Assembly: GCA_016744895.1 (NCBI GenBank)
Contig: JADGDK010000016.1
Location: 1 to 36,396, forward strand
DNA from: Campylobacterales bacterium
Lineage (GTDB): Bacteria > Campylobacterota > Campylobacteria > Campylobacterales > QNZT01
Reading direction: 5' to 3'
DNA: 36,396 bases
Below the pieces are notes generated by a model that searched no databases, was not told the DNA's origin, and saw nothing but the letters and a program-made list of their open reading frames with translations. Shown here piece after piece: positions 1-9,460 of this stretch. The position numbers and the translations under genes were made by a program. Positions within the stretch are counted from its first letter, which is position 1; every line of letters starts with the position of its first letter.

Positions 1-92
1 GTATTAATTTCATGCGTGTATTTTACAATGTGAGTGCTTTAAAGGCACTTTTACTATAATTGATCTCTAAAAATTATAAATAAGGTTAAAAC

Positions 93-581
93 ATGTCTTT
101 AAAAGAATATGATATTTCGCAAGAAGCGTTAAAAGATTCAAACTATGCAATTATGATAACAAACAAGGGTGAGATGAAACTCAAGCTTTACAAAGATGAA
201 GCACCAACAACTGTTGCAAACTTCGCTGCATTGGTAAATGATGGATACTATGATAACTTAAGTTTTCATAGAGTAATTCCAGGTTTTATGGCTCAAGGTG
301 GTTGTCCTCACGGAACTGGAACAGGCGGACCGGGTTGGTCAATCAAATGTGAAACAGCAACAAACACAAGCAAACATGAAAAAGGCACACTCTCTATGGC
401 ACACGCAGGACCAAACACAGGTGGAAGCCAATTCTTTATCTGTTTTGTACCATGCCCTCACTTAGATGGTGTTCATACTGTATTTGGTGGAATTGATGCA
501 AGCGATAGTGATAGCATGGCAGTTCTTGATAGTTTAGAAGGTCAAGATAAAATCGAATCAATTAAAATCGTAGCTGAATAA
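93..581 (+). CDS. ppiB: peptidyl-prolyl cis-trans isomerase, cyclophilin type
   Basis: Cyclophilin core motifs FHRVIPGFMAQGG and GGSQFFI in a 162-aa product; RBS-like AAGG upstream. Confidence 0.85.
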   Translation: MSLKEYDISQEALKDSNYAIMITNKGEMKLKLYKDEAPTTVANFAALVNDGYYDNLSFHRVIPGFMAQGGCPHGTGTGGPGWSIKCETATNTSKHEKGTLSMAHAGPNTGGSQFFICFVPCPHLDGVHTVFGGIDASDSDSMAVLDSLEGQDKIESIKIVAE

Positions 582-585
582 TTTT

Positions 586-608
586 AAAAAGGGTAAAAAC
601 CCCTTTTT
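586..608. terminator. bidirectional rho-independent terminator hairpin between convergent genes
   Basis: AAAAAGGG-taaaaac-CCCTTTTT stem-loop immediately after the ppiB stop and after the stop of the convergent minus-strand gene. Confidence 0.6.
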
Positions 609-1269
609 AAAAGCTACTCATACTTCCGACTACTTTACCGATAACTTCAACACTCCCTGCATCTACTGATTCTACACTATAGTGAACATTATCAGAAATC
701 AAGTCTAAAGTTCCATCACTTTTCAAAGAGAGTCGTTTCACAAAAAGCCCTGTTGGCGTAGAGACTACAAACACCCCACCCTTTCTGATATCACCTTGTG
801 TTCTATTCATAAAAATGATATCACCATCCTTAAAAGTAGGCTCCATCGAATCACCAAGCACGTTAATAGAATCAATATTTTTCATCTCTCTTTCACCACC
901 GAGTTTCATTACCATGTGCGGATCTAATGAAATTATCTCATGCTCAGCCTCATAGTTAAACGCACCACCACCAGCACTTGCGTAGATATCACCAAAATAT
1001 CGCACATTGGCATATCGCTCAGTTTGCGCTTCTAAACTTCGTGTTGCTTGATCATAAAAAAGCCAATTTATGGAAATTCTTCTCTGAGCACAAAAATTTA
1101 AAATCTCTTCATAGGGAATTTTTCCTCTATTTTTCATTGTTGCAAAAGTGAGTTGATTGATCCCAAGTGCATCAGCTACATCTTTATCAAAAACCTTCTT
1201 ATCTCCCAAGTCTGCCGAAATAACATCCTTTATCTTAGGAAGCATATCTTTAAAATTAAACATTTCCAC
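607..1269 (-). CDS. S24-family (LexA/CI-like) peptidase-repressor with N-terminal HTH
   Basis: C-terminal S24 peptidase motif LGDSMEPTFKDGDIIFM with downstream GGVFVV; N-terminal HTH-like segment LGINQLTFATMKNRGKIP. Confidence 0.7.
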   Translation of the reverse strand: MEMFNFKDMLPKIKDVISADLGDKKVFDKDVADALGINQLTFATMKNRGKIPYEEILNFCAQRRISINWLFYDQATRSLEAQTERYANVRYFGDIYASAGGGAFNYEAEHEIISLDPHMVMKLGGEREMKNIDSINVLGDSMEPTFKDGDIIFMNRTQGDIRKGGVFVVSTPTGLFVKRLSLKSDGTLDLISDNVHYSVESVDAGSVEVIGKVVGSMSSF

Positions 1270-1398
1270 CCCTTTTTAACAAATTATATTTCATTTTGAA
1301 ATATAATTGTATCATAATTATTATTTCCATTACAATAGTGCAGAACAAAAGCAGAATATGAAATACGATGCTGGGCATTGTGCTTTAGTTGAGAAGAA

Positions 1399-1426
1399 TT
1401 TTAGAGTGGACTGGTTCACTCTAAAA
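1399..1426. promoter_or_regulatory. perfect 10-bp inverted repeat (TTTTAGAGTG-N8-CACTCTAAAA), candidate operator or terminator
   Basis: Seen directly in the 290-nt noncoding gap between hypA and the S24 repressor gene. Confidence 0.35.
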
Positions 1427-1562
1427 GAAGACAATTTAATAAAAAAGGAAATATTATGATTTTTAAAAATTTAACAAGAGACATGGTTGCAGTTGTAGAT
1501 AGTTTTTTGACTTTGATTGAAATTTCAATGCTAAAGTTAAATGAAAAAGTTCTGTAGCAGTT

Positions 1563-1907
1563 TTAAGAATCTAACTCTAACTGCATCAGATACATATCTT
1601 CACCATCAATTACCTCAATATCCACACTCTCACAGTCTGGACAGATATATTCGTGCTCTTGGAGTTCATTCTCATTGCTACATGATCTACAACGTATCTT
1701 TACTGGTTGTAGATGCATGACAAATTCTGCATTGTGGCATATCGTATGCTCTTTAAACGTTTCAAATGCGGTCTCTAAAAGTTGTGGCTCTACGCCACTT
1801 AATGCGCCTATTTTGACCATTACTTTTAACACACTACTTGCATTGTTTTTTTTAGCATTTTCATCACAAAGATCTAATAACGATTGAACAATTGAATACT
1901 CATGCAT
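1563..1907 (-). CDS. hypA: hydrogenase nickel incorporation protein HypA
   Basis: MHEYS N-terminus and CxxC...CxxC zinc motif (CRSCS...CPDCES) in a 114-aa product; position in the hyp operon. Confidence 0.9.
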   Translation of the reverse strand: MHEYSIVQSLLDLCDENAKKNNASSVLKVMVKIGALSGVEPQLLETAFETFKEHTICHNAEFVMHLQPVKIRCRSCSNENELQEHEYICPDCESVDIEVIDGEDMYLMQLELDS

Positions 1908-2902
1908 TAACAGATCCTTGGCAATAACTCACCCGTAGGCATATCTAAAAACCGACTTGTACCATACTCGCTATTAATGATCACCTTTTCAAGATATCGA
2001 TCTGAGACTTTAGCTATGATCGCCGCCTCTTTAGAGAGATCAAGTTGATGTAAGATCTCTATTGCTTTTGCAGCATCTTCTTTAGCAATTGCCGCAACAA
2101 ATGTACCTTCATTGGCAAGATTAAACGCTTCAAATCCTAGAAGTTCACAGATACCATTGACCTCTTCACATACAGGCGTATCTGCTTCAGTAACTTCGAT
2201 ACAGATGTTGGACTGTTTTGCCCACTCGTTTAGTACTGCCGCTACTCCACCACGCGTCGCATCTCTCAGGGCTGTAATTTTGATATCATTTTTGATAAGT
2301 TCCTCAACCACTGGCCAAAGTGAAGCACAGTCACTCTCTAAATCACTTGAAAGCTCTATCCCTTCACGATTGGCAAAAATTGCTGCTCCGTGTTTTCCTA
2401 TAGAGTTTGAAACAAGAATCACATCATCACTACTAATGTTGTTTGAAGAGATATTCTCTTTTTGTATATATCCAATTCCCGTCGTATTGATAAAGATTTG
2501 ATCTACACTTCCTTTAGGTACGACTTTGGTATCACCACTAACAATGATTGCACCATTTTTTTCTAACTCTTTTTTCATGGAAGCAACAATCTTTTCAAGT
2601 TCTTCTACCCTAAAACCCTCTTCGATAATAACACCACATGAGAGATACTTGGGCTGGGCACCCATCATAGCAAGATCATTACACGTACCACAGATACTAA
2701 GTTTTCCAATATCTCCACCACTAAAAAAGATAGGACTTACGGTAAAACTATCCGTACTAAAAGCAAGTCTTCCATTGTCCAGTACTGCTGCATCTTCAGC
2801 CTTGGTGAGTATTTCATTTTCAAATGCTTTGTAAAAGACTTTATTAATGAGTTCATTGTTCTCTTCACCACCGTTACCGTGGGCTAGTTTGATATTTTTC
2901 AT
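1907..2902 (-). CDS. hypE: hydrogenase maturation protein HypE (carbamoyl dehydratase)
   Basis: 331-aa AIR-synthase-like fold and typical HypE C-terminal tail ending in ...PRIC; overlaps the hypA start by 1 nt. Confidence 0.9.
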   Translation of the reverse strand: MKNIKLAHGNGGEENNELINKVFYKAFENEILTKAEDAAVLDNGRLAFSTDSFTVSPIFFSGGDIGKLSICGTCNDLAMMGAQPKYLSCGVIIEEGFRVEELEKIVASMKKELEKNGAIIVSGDTKVVPKGSVDQIFINTTGIGYIQKENISSNNISSDDVILVSNSIGKHGAAIFANREGIELSSDLESDCASLWPVVEELIKNDIKITALRDATRGGVAAVLNEWAKQSNICIEVTEADTPVCEEVNGICELLGFEAFNLANEGTFVAAIAKEDAAKAIEILHQLDLSKEAAIIAKVSDRYLEKVIINSEYGTSRFLDMPTGELLPRIC

Positions 2903-4044
2903 AGTAAATTTCCATATTTATAATAAGCCGCACATGCACCTTCACTTGATACCATACAACTTCCTAATGGAGAAGATGGTTTACATGCTGTACCAAAAAC
3001 TTTACACTCTGGTGGATTTGCCACACCTCTTAAGATATCACCACAAATACAAAGTTTATGATCATCAATTTCGTCTGTTGGCAAAATATCTTTATAAATT
3101 TTTTCTGCATCTAAATAAGCATACTCTTCTTTTAACTGTAATGCACTGTTTGGAATATCTCCTAAACCTCTCCAACGAAAAGTAGATCTTACTTCAAAAA
3201 ATTGGGCATTGCGTTTTTGTGCAACAAGGTTTCCATCATAATTAACACTTCTAGTATATTGTATTTCAAGGTCTGCTCGATCTTCTACAAACTGTTTAAC
3301 AATCATAAAAACGGACTGTATCACATCGACAGGTTCAAATCCTGAAACAACCACAGGTTTTTTATAATCTTGTGGAAATTCTTCATAGATTTTTGATCCA
3401 CTAATCACACTTACATGTGCTGGTCCTATAAAAGCATCTATCTTACAGTCATCATTTGCAAGTAGCACTTGCATAGGTTCAGGAACAGTGATATGATTTA
3501 TATGAAAAAAGATATTCTCTATTTTTTTAGTAACAACTTGGTTTAAAAGTGCTGCTGTCATTGGTGTCGTTGTCTCGAAACCGATCGCAAAAAAGATCAC
3601 TTTTTTATCAAGATTGTCTAGTGCTATTTTGATTGTATCTAGTGGAGAATAGACAAACCGTACATCTGCACCCTCTGCCCTTGCATCTTGTAAAGAGCCT
3701 TTGGAACCAGGCACTTTAATCATATCTCCCAAAGTCACTAAGATGACATTTTCCTGTTGAGATAATACATAGGCATGATCAATTCGTTCTTTTGGCATCA
3801 CACATACAGGACACCCTGGACCGTGTATAAATTTGATATTTTCTGGTAAAAGTTGATTAAGTCCGTATTTCATGATGGTATGGGTATGACCACCACACAC
3901 TTCCATGATATGAATATCACGATCCACCTTAGCAGCTTCCTCTTTTATCAGCTTTGCAAATGATTTGATCGCATCAGCATCTCTAAACCCATCATAGAGG
4001 TCTTTAAGCTTTAAATCACTCATGACGGCTTTCCACCCGGACAA
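2899..4044 (-). CDS. hypD: hydrogenase maturation protein HypD
   Basis: Conserved CGGHTH, GPGCPVCV and GFETT motifs; 381 aa. Confidence 0.9.
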   Translation of the reverse strand: MSGWKAVMSDLKLKDLYDGFRDADAIKSFAKLIKEEAAKVDRDIHIMEVCGGHTHTIMKYGLNQLLPENIKFIHGPGCPVCVMPKERIDHAYVLSQQENVILVTLGDMIKVPGSKGSLQDARAEGADVRFVYSPLDTIKIALDNLDKKVIFFAIGFETTTPMTAALLNQVVTKKIENIFFHINHITVPEPMQVLLANDDCKIDAFIGPAHVSVISGSKIYEEFPQDYKKPVVVSGFEPVDVIQSVFMIVKQFVEDRADLEIQYTRSVNYDGNLVAQKRNAQFFEVRSTFRWRGLGDIPNSALQLKEEYAYLDAEKIYKDILPTDEIDDHKLCICGDILRGVANPPECKVFGTACKPSSPLGSCMVSSEGACAAYYKYGNLL

Positions 4045-4310
4045 TTGTCACTCTCATCTATGAGGCGTTGTTGATCCTCCTCGTTCATCTTTTGGACAAT
4101 CTCTTCGTAGAGTTCTAAACTATCAAGGGCTGCTGCTTCATCAATTTTATTCATCGCAAAGCCAATATGAATCAATACATAATCCCCAACATTTACCTCT
4201 TCATCAATCAACGCTAAAGAAGTTTCTCTCTTTACACCCATAGTATCTACCGTAGCAATTTCGGTCTCTTTATCTATTTTTACCACTTTTGAAGGTATTG
4301 AAAGGCACAT
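4020..4310 (-). CDS. hypC: hydrogenase assembly chaperone HypC
   Basis: N-terminal MCLSIP (MC[LI][AG][IV]P signature), 96 aa, lies between hypB and hypD. Confidence 0.85.
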   Translation of the reverse strand: MCLSIPSKVVKIDKETEIATVDTMGVKRETSLALIDEEVNVGDYVLIHIGFAMNKIDEAAALDSLELYEEIVQKMNEEDQQRLIDESDNCPGGKPS

Positions 4311-5080
4311 TATCTCATCTCCATTTTAAATTTTATCCAATTTACCACACGCTGTAAGCTCTCTTTGTCTTTGGTACTTACTTCTAATATATCAACGTTT
4401 GGTTTGAGCTTTCGAGCCTCTGCTTTTTCTGCTTCGATATCATAATCAAAATGAGGCAAAAGATCTGTTTTGGTAATCAGCACTAAATCTGCTTGTCTAA
4501 ACATTACAGGATACTTTGCGATCTTATCACTGCCCTCAGGAACACTCACTAGTACAATATTAAGATGTGTACCTACATCATAACTTGCTGGACATACAAG
4601 ATTTCCGACATTTTCTACAAAACAGACATCAATATCTTCAAGTTCTACGTGATGAAGGGCTTTATGCACCATAAAGGCATCTAAATGACAAGCACTTCCA
4701 GTTTGAATCTGATACGCTTTAATCCCTTTAGAGGTTAAACGATCAGCATCACGGTTGGTCTCAAGATCTCCCTCGACAACAGCGTATTTGAAATCAACTA
4801 ACTCTGCTATCTCTTCAAGAAGTGCTGTTTTGCCACTTCCTGGGCTACTCATAAGATTTATTCCAAGAACTTTATGTCCATCTAAATGCGCACGGTTATG
4901 TTTAGCTTCATGATCATTTTTATCTAAAATCTTAGTAATAACATCAATTGTTTTTTTATCATTGAGCTGTGGATTATGATGTAAATGTTCATGTGCCTCT
5001 TGATGCTCATGGCTGTGTTCATGTCCGTGTGTATCTGTATGTACGTGATCTGTTATGCTACATCCGCAATCTTTGCACAT
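4310..5080 (-). CDS. hypB: hydrogenase nickel-insertion GTPase HypB with His-rich N-terminus
   Basis: N-terminal CxxCGC plus a His-rich stretch (HGHEHSHEHQEAHEHLHH), a P-loop GSPGSGKT and a G-domain. Confidence 0.9.
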   Translation of the reverse strand: MCKDCGCSITDHVHTDTHGHEHSHEHQEAHEHLHHNPQLNDKKTIDVITKILDKNDHEAKHNRAHLDGHKVLGINLMSSPGSGKTALLEEIAELVDFKYAVVEGDLETNRDADRLTSKGIKAYQIQTGSACHLDAFMVHKALHHVELEDIDVCFVENVGNLVCPASYDVGTHLNIVLVSVPEGSDKIAKYPVMFRQADLVLITKTDLLPHFDYDIEAEKAEARKLKPNVDILEVSTKDKESLQRVVNWIKFKMEMR

Positions 5081-5131
5081 GGCTATTCCCCTTTTTCCTA
5101 ATATCTATAATTATTTTATATTGTAACGCTA

Positions 5132-5782
5132 CTAACCCGCTAACATATTTAATCCAACAACAACTGATATAAATCCTGCAGCAGAAAAAATAGTTCTGAT
5201 ATTTCTCTTATTTTTAAGCATGTTTTCATTGATTTTGGCGATAATAAAACCAAATCCTATAAAGATTACCATGACACCAAGTGTGAAACTAAGTACCATC
5301 CAGAGATTTACCGCTTGATGTGAAATCGCACTCAAAGTGATAAGCATACCTCTAACCCCACCTATCCCCATCAAAGTACCGATAGTAAATGCTGAAGCTA
5401 CACGCGCACGATCTTCATCTCGATGTGAATGTTCTTTACCAAACCAGATATGAACATGCTCTTTGCCGTCATGTAAATGGGTACCCATCTGAATACGATC
5501 CGTACCTGCCATAAAAAGCAGAAAAATACCAATCCCAATAATCACAGCAGAAGAGATCATATCACCATATCCCAAAAGTGTCTCAGAAATCTCAAAAGAC
5601 TCTAACAACTTTGCAAATATAAAAAGGCTCACACCATGCCCAATCGCAAATGCAAAAGTGATTAAAAGTGCTCTCTTTTGTGCTTTACCAATTGAAAAAT
5701 CAGCAATCGCTGTCAAATGATCAGGTCCAAAGGCATGTAAAATACCATACCAAAAAATAATAAGCAAGCTAAGAGATTCCAT
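5132..5782 (-). CDS. nickel/cobalt transporter-like membrane protein (NicO/HoxN or HupE-UreJ-like) with His-rich loop
   Basis: HAFGPDHLTAIADF motif resembling the HAxDADHI nickel-transporter signature; central loop HLHDGKEHVHIWFGKEHSHRDED; 6 predicted TM helices. Start moved to the internal ATG (MESLSLL) that follows an AAGGAG RBS. Confidence 0.5.
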   Translation of the reverse strand: MESLSLLIIFWYGILHAFGPDHLTAIADFSIGKAQKRALLITFAFAIGHGVSLFIFAKLLESFEISETLLGYGDMISSAVIIGIGIFLLFMAGTDRIQMGTHLHDGKEHVHIWFGKEHSHRDEDRARVASAFTIGTLMGIGGVRGMLITLSAISHQAVNLWMVLSFTLGVMVIFIGFGFIIAKINENMLKNKRNIRTIFSAAGFISVVVGLNMLAG

Positions 5783-5913
5783 CTGTAGACTCCTTTTAGT
5801 GAATGATTGTTCAATTTTACTCCTTTTTTGTAAAGGTAAAATAAAATCTTCCAATTCTTATACATTTTTGGAACTTAAATTAATCTAATGTACTAAAACT
5901 TATACTTATTATC

Positions 5914-6150
5914 TTAGACATTTATAAGTGTCAGCACCTCATCTACACTAAGAAGTTTTCCTGTACTAACAACTTTACCATCTATTACAAGACCTGGGGT
6001 ACTGACTACTTGATACTCCATAATTTTCATAATATCATCAACTTTTTCAATTTGTGCAAATTTTCCACTTTTGGCTACTGCTTGTTTTACTACCGCTTCT
6101 AATTGTGTACACTTTGCACAACCTGTACCTAAAACTTCAATTTTCATCAT
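5914..6150 (-). CDS. thioredoxin-fold redox-active disulfide protein (CxxC)
   Basis: 78 aa, GCAKC active site, TM0996-like small thioredoxin-family layout directly downstream of arsP. Confidence 0.7.
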   Translation of the reverse strand: MMKIEVLGTGCAKCTQLEAVVKQAVAKSGKFAQIEKVDDIMKIMEYQVVSTPGLVIDGKVVSTGKLLSVDEVLTLINV

Positions 6151-6158
6151 TTTTTCCT

Positions 6159-7103
6159 TTATAATATAATGTTAAATAGATACCCAATGACAATTATTCC
6201 ACTTCCAACTATGGCAAAAAATATACCGATAAGTTTGAGTGAAATAATTTTTTTAAGTATCAATGCTTCTGGCAAACTCAACGCTGTAACTGCCATCATA
6301 AAACTAAGCGCCGTTCCAAGTAACATACCTTTACTTGTAAGAACTTCTACTAAAGGCATAATACCTGCTGCATTTGAATACATTGGTATTCCCATCAAAA
6401 CAGCTATAATCACTGCAAAGGGATTCCCTTCACCCGTATAAGAAGCTATAAAATCTGTCGGAATATACCCGTGAATCCATGCACCAACTCCTACACCAAT
6501 CATGACATAGATATATATTTTTTTGAAAATATCTAAAGTATAGTTCCACGCCTCTTTAGCTCTGTCTTGAAATGATAATTTCACCAATGTAGCTTCAAGT
6601 GCTCCCTCCATTGGTTTTACATCCATTAAAATCTCTTTTTCTAAATTGAGCTTTCCTATCAACCAACCACCAAAGATAGCAACTGTAAGACCAAAAGCTA
6701 TATAGATCGATGTCACTTTCCAACCAAATATTCCAAACAACATGGCTATCGCTATTTCATTATTCATCGGTGCGGAAATTAGATAGCTAAAGGTAACTCC
6801 AATGGGGATTCGTGCTTGAATAAACCCTAAAAACAGAGGTATAGCCGAACATGAACAAAAAGGAGTGATAATACCAAATAAAGAAGCGCCTACATGTCCA
6901 TAAAACGATGATTTACCTTGTAAATGCGCACGTACATATTCTGTATTTACCCATGTTCTTAAAAATGAAACTGCAAATATAATTGTGACTAATAAAAACC
7001 AAATCTTTATAGTGTCATAGATAAAAAAGTGCAAAGCATCAGCCAACTTTCCTTCTAACCCTATCACATTATAAACAAACTCTTTGGAACGTTCATACCA
7101 CAT
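6159..7103 (-). CDS. arsP: ArsP-type organoarsenical efflux permease
   Basis: Conserved TPFCSCSAIP motif (TPFcSCS signature), polytopic membrane protein, lies in the ars cluster. Confidence 0.8.
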   Translation of the reverse strand: MWYERSKEFVYNVIGLEGKLADALHFFIYDTIKIWFLLVTIIFAVSFLRTWVNTEYVRAHLQGKSSFYGHVGASLFGIITPFCSCSAIPLFLGFIQARIPIGVTFSYLISAPMNNEIAIAMLFGIFGWKVTSIYIAFGLTVAIFGGWLIGKLNLEKEILMDVKPMEGALEATLVKLSFQDRAKEAWNYTLDIFKKIYIYVMIGVGVGAWIHGYIPTDFIASYTGEGNPFAVIIAVLMGIPMYSNAAGIMPLVEVLTSKGMLLGTALSFMMAVTALSLPEALILKKIISLKLIGIFFAIVGSGIIVIGYLFNIIL

Positions 7104-7508
7104 CTAACAAAGCTCTTTTTTAACAATTGGCAATAACTCTTTTTCAATCAAATTAAGGGTTTTTTCATACTCAACTTCAGCTTTTCCACTTGGATCATCA
7201 AAACCTACGTGAATTGTTTTTACAGCTTTTGGAAATATGGGACAAGTCTCTTTTGCATGGTCACACACGGTTATAATTAAATCAAAAGCAGTATCTAAAA
7301 CTGTTTCAATAACCTTAGAATGATATGATTGATTCCAGTAACCTTTTTCTTTTAGTAAAGCCTCAGCGTATGAATTTACAGTACCACTTGCTTTGACGCC
7401 TGAACTTTGAGCAAATAGACACGTGCTAAGTTTTGCATTTATAAGTGCTTCTCCCATAATTGAGCGACAACTATTTCCTGTACATAAGATTAATACATTT
7501 TTTCTCAT
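7104..7508 (-). CDS. arsC: arsenate reductase, LMW-PTP family (thioredoxin-coupled)
   Basis: CTGNSCRS P-loop (CX5R) at the N-terminus, 134 aa, adjacent to arsR and arsP. Confidence 0.85.
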   Translation of the reverse strand: MRKNVLILCTGNSCRSIMGEALINAKLSTCLFAQSSGVKASGTVNSYAEALLKEKGYWNQSYHSKVIETVLDTAFDLIITVCDHAKETCPIFPKAVKTIHVGFDDPSGKAEVEYEKTLNLIEKELLPIVKKELC

Positions 7509-7828
7509 ACTTTACATGCTCCAATATCAGATACTTTTTTTAACTTTGGAAGCTCTATCTCAAGATATTTAATCTCTTGTATCGCTTCACTTCTAAACTT
7601 ATCTAATGGACTTCTTACAGAGTAATAAGCCCATGTCCCTTTCCTATCTACTCTAATAAACCCTGCTTCTTTTAAAATCTTAAGGTGACGTGAAAGTCGA
7701 GATTGAATCATATCAAGCGAATTTTGTAAATCACACACACAACAAGCGCCATGTTCATCCAAAAATCGTAATATCAATACTCTTGTTTCATCATTGAGAG
7801 CAGCAATACTTTTTAAAAAAACTTCCAT
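7505..7828 (-). CDS. arsR: ArsR/SmtB-family metalloregulator
   Basis: wHTH with CCVCDL metal-binding motif followed by the recognition-helix region LSRHLKILKEAG. Confidence 0.85.
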   Translation of the reverse strand: MEVFLKSIAALNDETRVLILRFLDEHGACCVCDLQNSLDMIQSRLSRHLKILKEAGFIRVDRKGTWAYYSVRSPLDKFRSEAIQEIKYLEIELPKLKKVSDIGACKV

Positions 7829-7974
7829 ATCATCTTCCTTTTAATGATACAAGTGTAGCATAAATAAATTACAATATCAATATATGTTGATTTATAGGAG
7901 ATAGTACTTTAAGTCTTCTTGTGTTTTCTAATCTTATGAGTCTAATTGCAGTCGGATGTTTTGATATAGATTTT

Positions 7975-8017
7975 AAATAATAAAATTTATGACGTAGACA
8001 AGATATAGTCTACGTCA
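7975..8017 (-). terminator. rho-independent terminator of the secreted repeat-protein gene
   Basis: Perfect 10-bp stem TGACGTAGAC/GTCTACGTCA with an 8-nt loop, followed on the minus strand by a T-rich run. Confidence 0.6.
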
Positions 8018-8038
8018 CCTCTATTGTTTTAAGATTGA

Positions 8039-9118
8039 TTACTGAAATGATCCCTGTTCAAGATCTTCATTTATCAAAAGAGTTAACCAAAGTGCCACTT
8101 TTTTAAAGCTTTTGTTTTTATTTCCATCTTCATTTAAAAGTCGTCTTTTATGGTCTGTTTCAAAACCTAAATGATAAATACTGTCTGCAATGTTATTGAT
8201 AAGATTTTTATTGTACAACTTTGTTTTTGCACCATCATTTTGAACAAGGTGAAATCCTGTCTCTTCACCTTGTTCATCATCACCATGAAGTTCTGCCCAT
8301 TTTTCTAGATAATTGGCTACTATATATTGATTAAGCTCTTTTACATCTTCTTTGTTTATTTCACCATCAACTGCGATACCTGTATTTTTAATCGCTTCTA
8401 TGATGATATGATTCATTGCGTCAGCAGCTATAGATGCTTCGCGCATGTCTCCTATAGAAATACGTTTTTGTAACCCTATATCTGCATAAATATATTCAAT
8501 AATCTGATCAAGCCCTGTACCTGTTGTACCTGCTACCTCTTCTATATCAGGATTTTGGAATTTTCCTGCTTCCAAATCTTGAGATAAAAGATTATTCAAC
8601 CAAATACCAACTTTTTTAAAACTTCTGTTTTTGTTTCCATCTTCATTTAAGAGGCGGTTTTTCTTATGTGTTTCAAAACCTAGATGATAGATACTATCTG
8701 CCACATTATTGATCGCATTTTTCCCATAAAGCTTTGTTCTTGCACCATCATTTTGTACAAGATGAAATCCTGTCTCTACCCCATCTTCATCATCACCGTG
8801 AAGTCTCTGCCAAGATTGAGCATAATTGGCAAAAATATAGTCATTAAGTTCTCGAGTATCTGCTGTAGATATAAGGCCGTCATTTGCAGTTCCTGTACTT
8901 ACAATAGCTTCGAGAATAATTTCATTCATCCTATCTGCTGCTTGAGCTGCTTCAGATATCTCTACCGCAGGTACACGCTTTTGGAGTCGTTTATCTGTTT
9001 TGATGATCTCTACAATCTTATCTAAACCAGTCGATGTAGTTCCCTCAGCTTGTAAATTAACACTTGAGAAGATCGCTATTGCTGTAACAGCACTTATAAA
9101 TTTATTTTGAAGTTTCAT
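8039..9118 (-). CDS. secreted protein composed of two tandem ~165-aa repeats, function unknown
   Basis: N-terminal signal peptide (MKLQNKFISAVTAIAIFSSVNLQAEG); the two halves are clearly homologous (e.g. ETGFHLVQNDGA.TKLY.KN.INN.ADSIYHLGFET...RLLNEDGNKN.SFKKV). Confidence 0.7.
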   Translation of the reverse strand: MKLQNKFISAVTAIAIFSSVNLQAEGTTSTGLDKIVEIIKTDKRLQKRVPAVEISEAAQAADRMNEIILEAIVSTGTANDGLISTADTRELNDYIFANYAQSWQRLHGDDEDGVETGFHLVQNDGARTKLYGKNAINNVADSIYHLGFETHKKNRLLNEDGNKNRSFKKVGIWLNNLLSQDLEAGKFQNPDIEEVAGTTGTGLDQIIEYIYADIGLQKRISIGDMREASIAADAMNHIIIEAIKNTGIAVDGEINKEDVKELNQYIVANYLEKWAELHGDDEQGEETGFHLVQNDGAKTKLYNKNLINNIADSIYHLGFETDHKRRLLNEDGNKNKSFKKVALWLTLLINEDLEQGSFQ

Positions 9119-9196
9119 ACTTTTTCCTTATTTTATGATGATCTGATGCAACAAAATGAAGGAAGTTTGAACATACAAAGTAGTATCACAACGTAC

Positions 9197-9280
9197 TTTG
9201 GTAACCTGGCAATCTTTATTTCAAGACCCATAGCTTTCCGTCCTTGCTTCACAACAAGTTTGGCACAACAAAATAATTGA
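9197..9280 (+). repeat. copy A of a ~85-nt intergenic direct repeat (candidate sRNA or regulatory element)
   Basis: About 85% identical to the element at 9373-9460; an indel breaks any shared reading frame, so it is not protein-coding. Confidence 0.55.
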
Positions 9281-9372
9281 ATTAAATAACCAATAGAGAG
9301 ATAAACATACTTGTGAAAAAAGAAGAAAAGCAAAATATACAAGAAAATATAGGGTATATCATCTATGAACAT

Positions 9373-9460
9373 TTTGGCAACCTGGCGATCTTACGCTTAA
9401 AGACCCATGGCTTTCCGTCCTTGTTTCACAACAAGTTTGGCTCAATAAAGTTATTAAAAA
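9373..9460 (+). repeat. copy B of a ~85-nt intergenic direct repeat (candidate sRNA or regulatory element)
   Basis: Same orientation as copy A; shares the core GGCAACCTGG..GACCCATGGCTTTCCGTCCTTGTTTCACAACAAGTTTGGC. Confidence 0.55.

Noticed and set aside
1675-3185. Plus-strand ORFs 1675-1887, 2112-2501, 2526-2834 and 2847-3185 inside the hyp operon
   Set aside because: They are antisense to hypA, hypE and hypD, which carry strong, complete family motifs. Their products are low-complexity with no motifs. Treated as shadow ORFs.
5782-5854. Annotated longer N-terminus (MEDFILPLQKRSKIEQSFTKRSLQ) of the nickel-transporter-like gene
   Set aside because: The internal ATG at 5782 is preceded by a strong AAGGAG RBS and begins the first TM helix. 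The upstream extension is hydrophilic, has no RBS, and is probably not translated.
7829-7900. Imperfect palindrome ATCAATAT-ATGTTGAT upstream of arsR as an ArsR operator
   Set aside because: Plausible, but only a 7/8 imperfect dyad in very AT-rich DNA, which is too weak to call as a feature without binding data.
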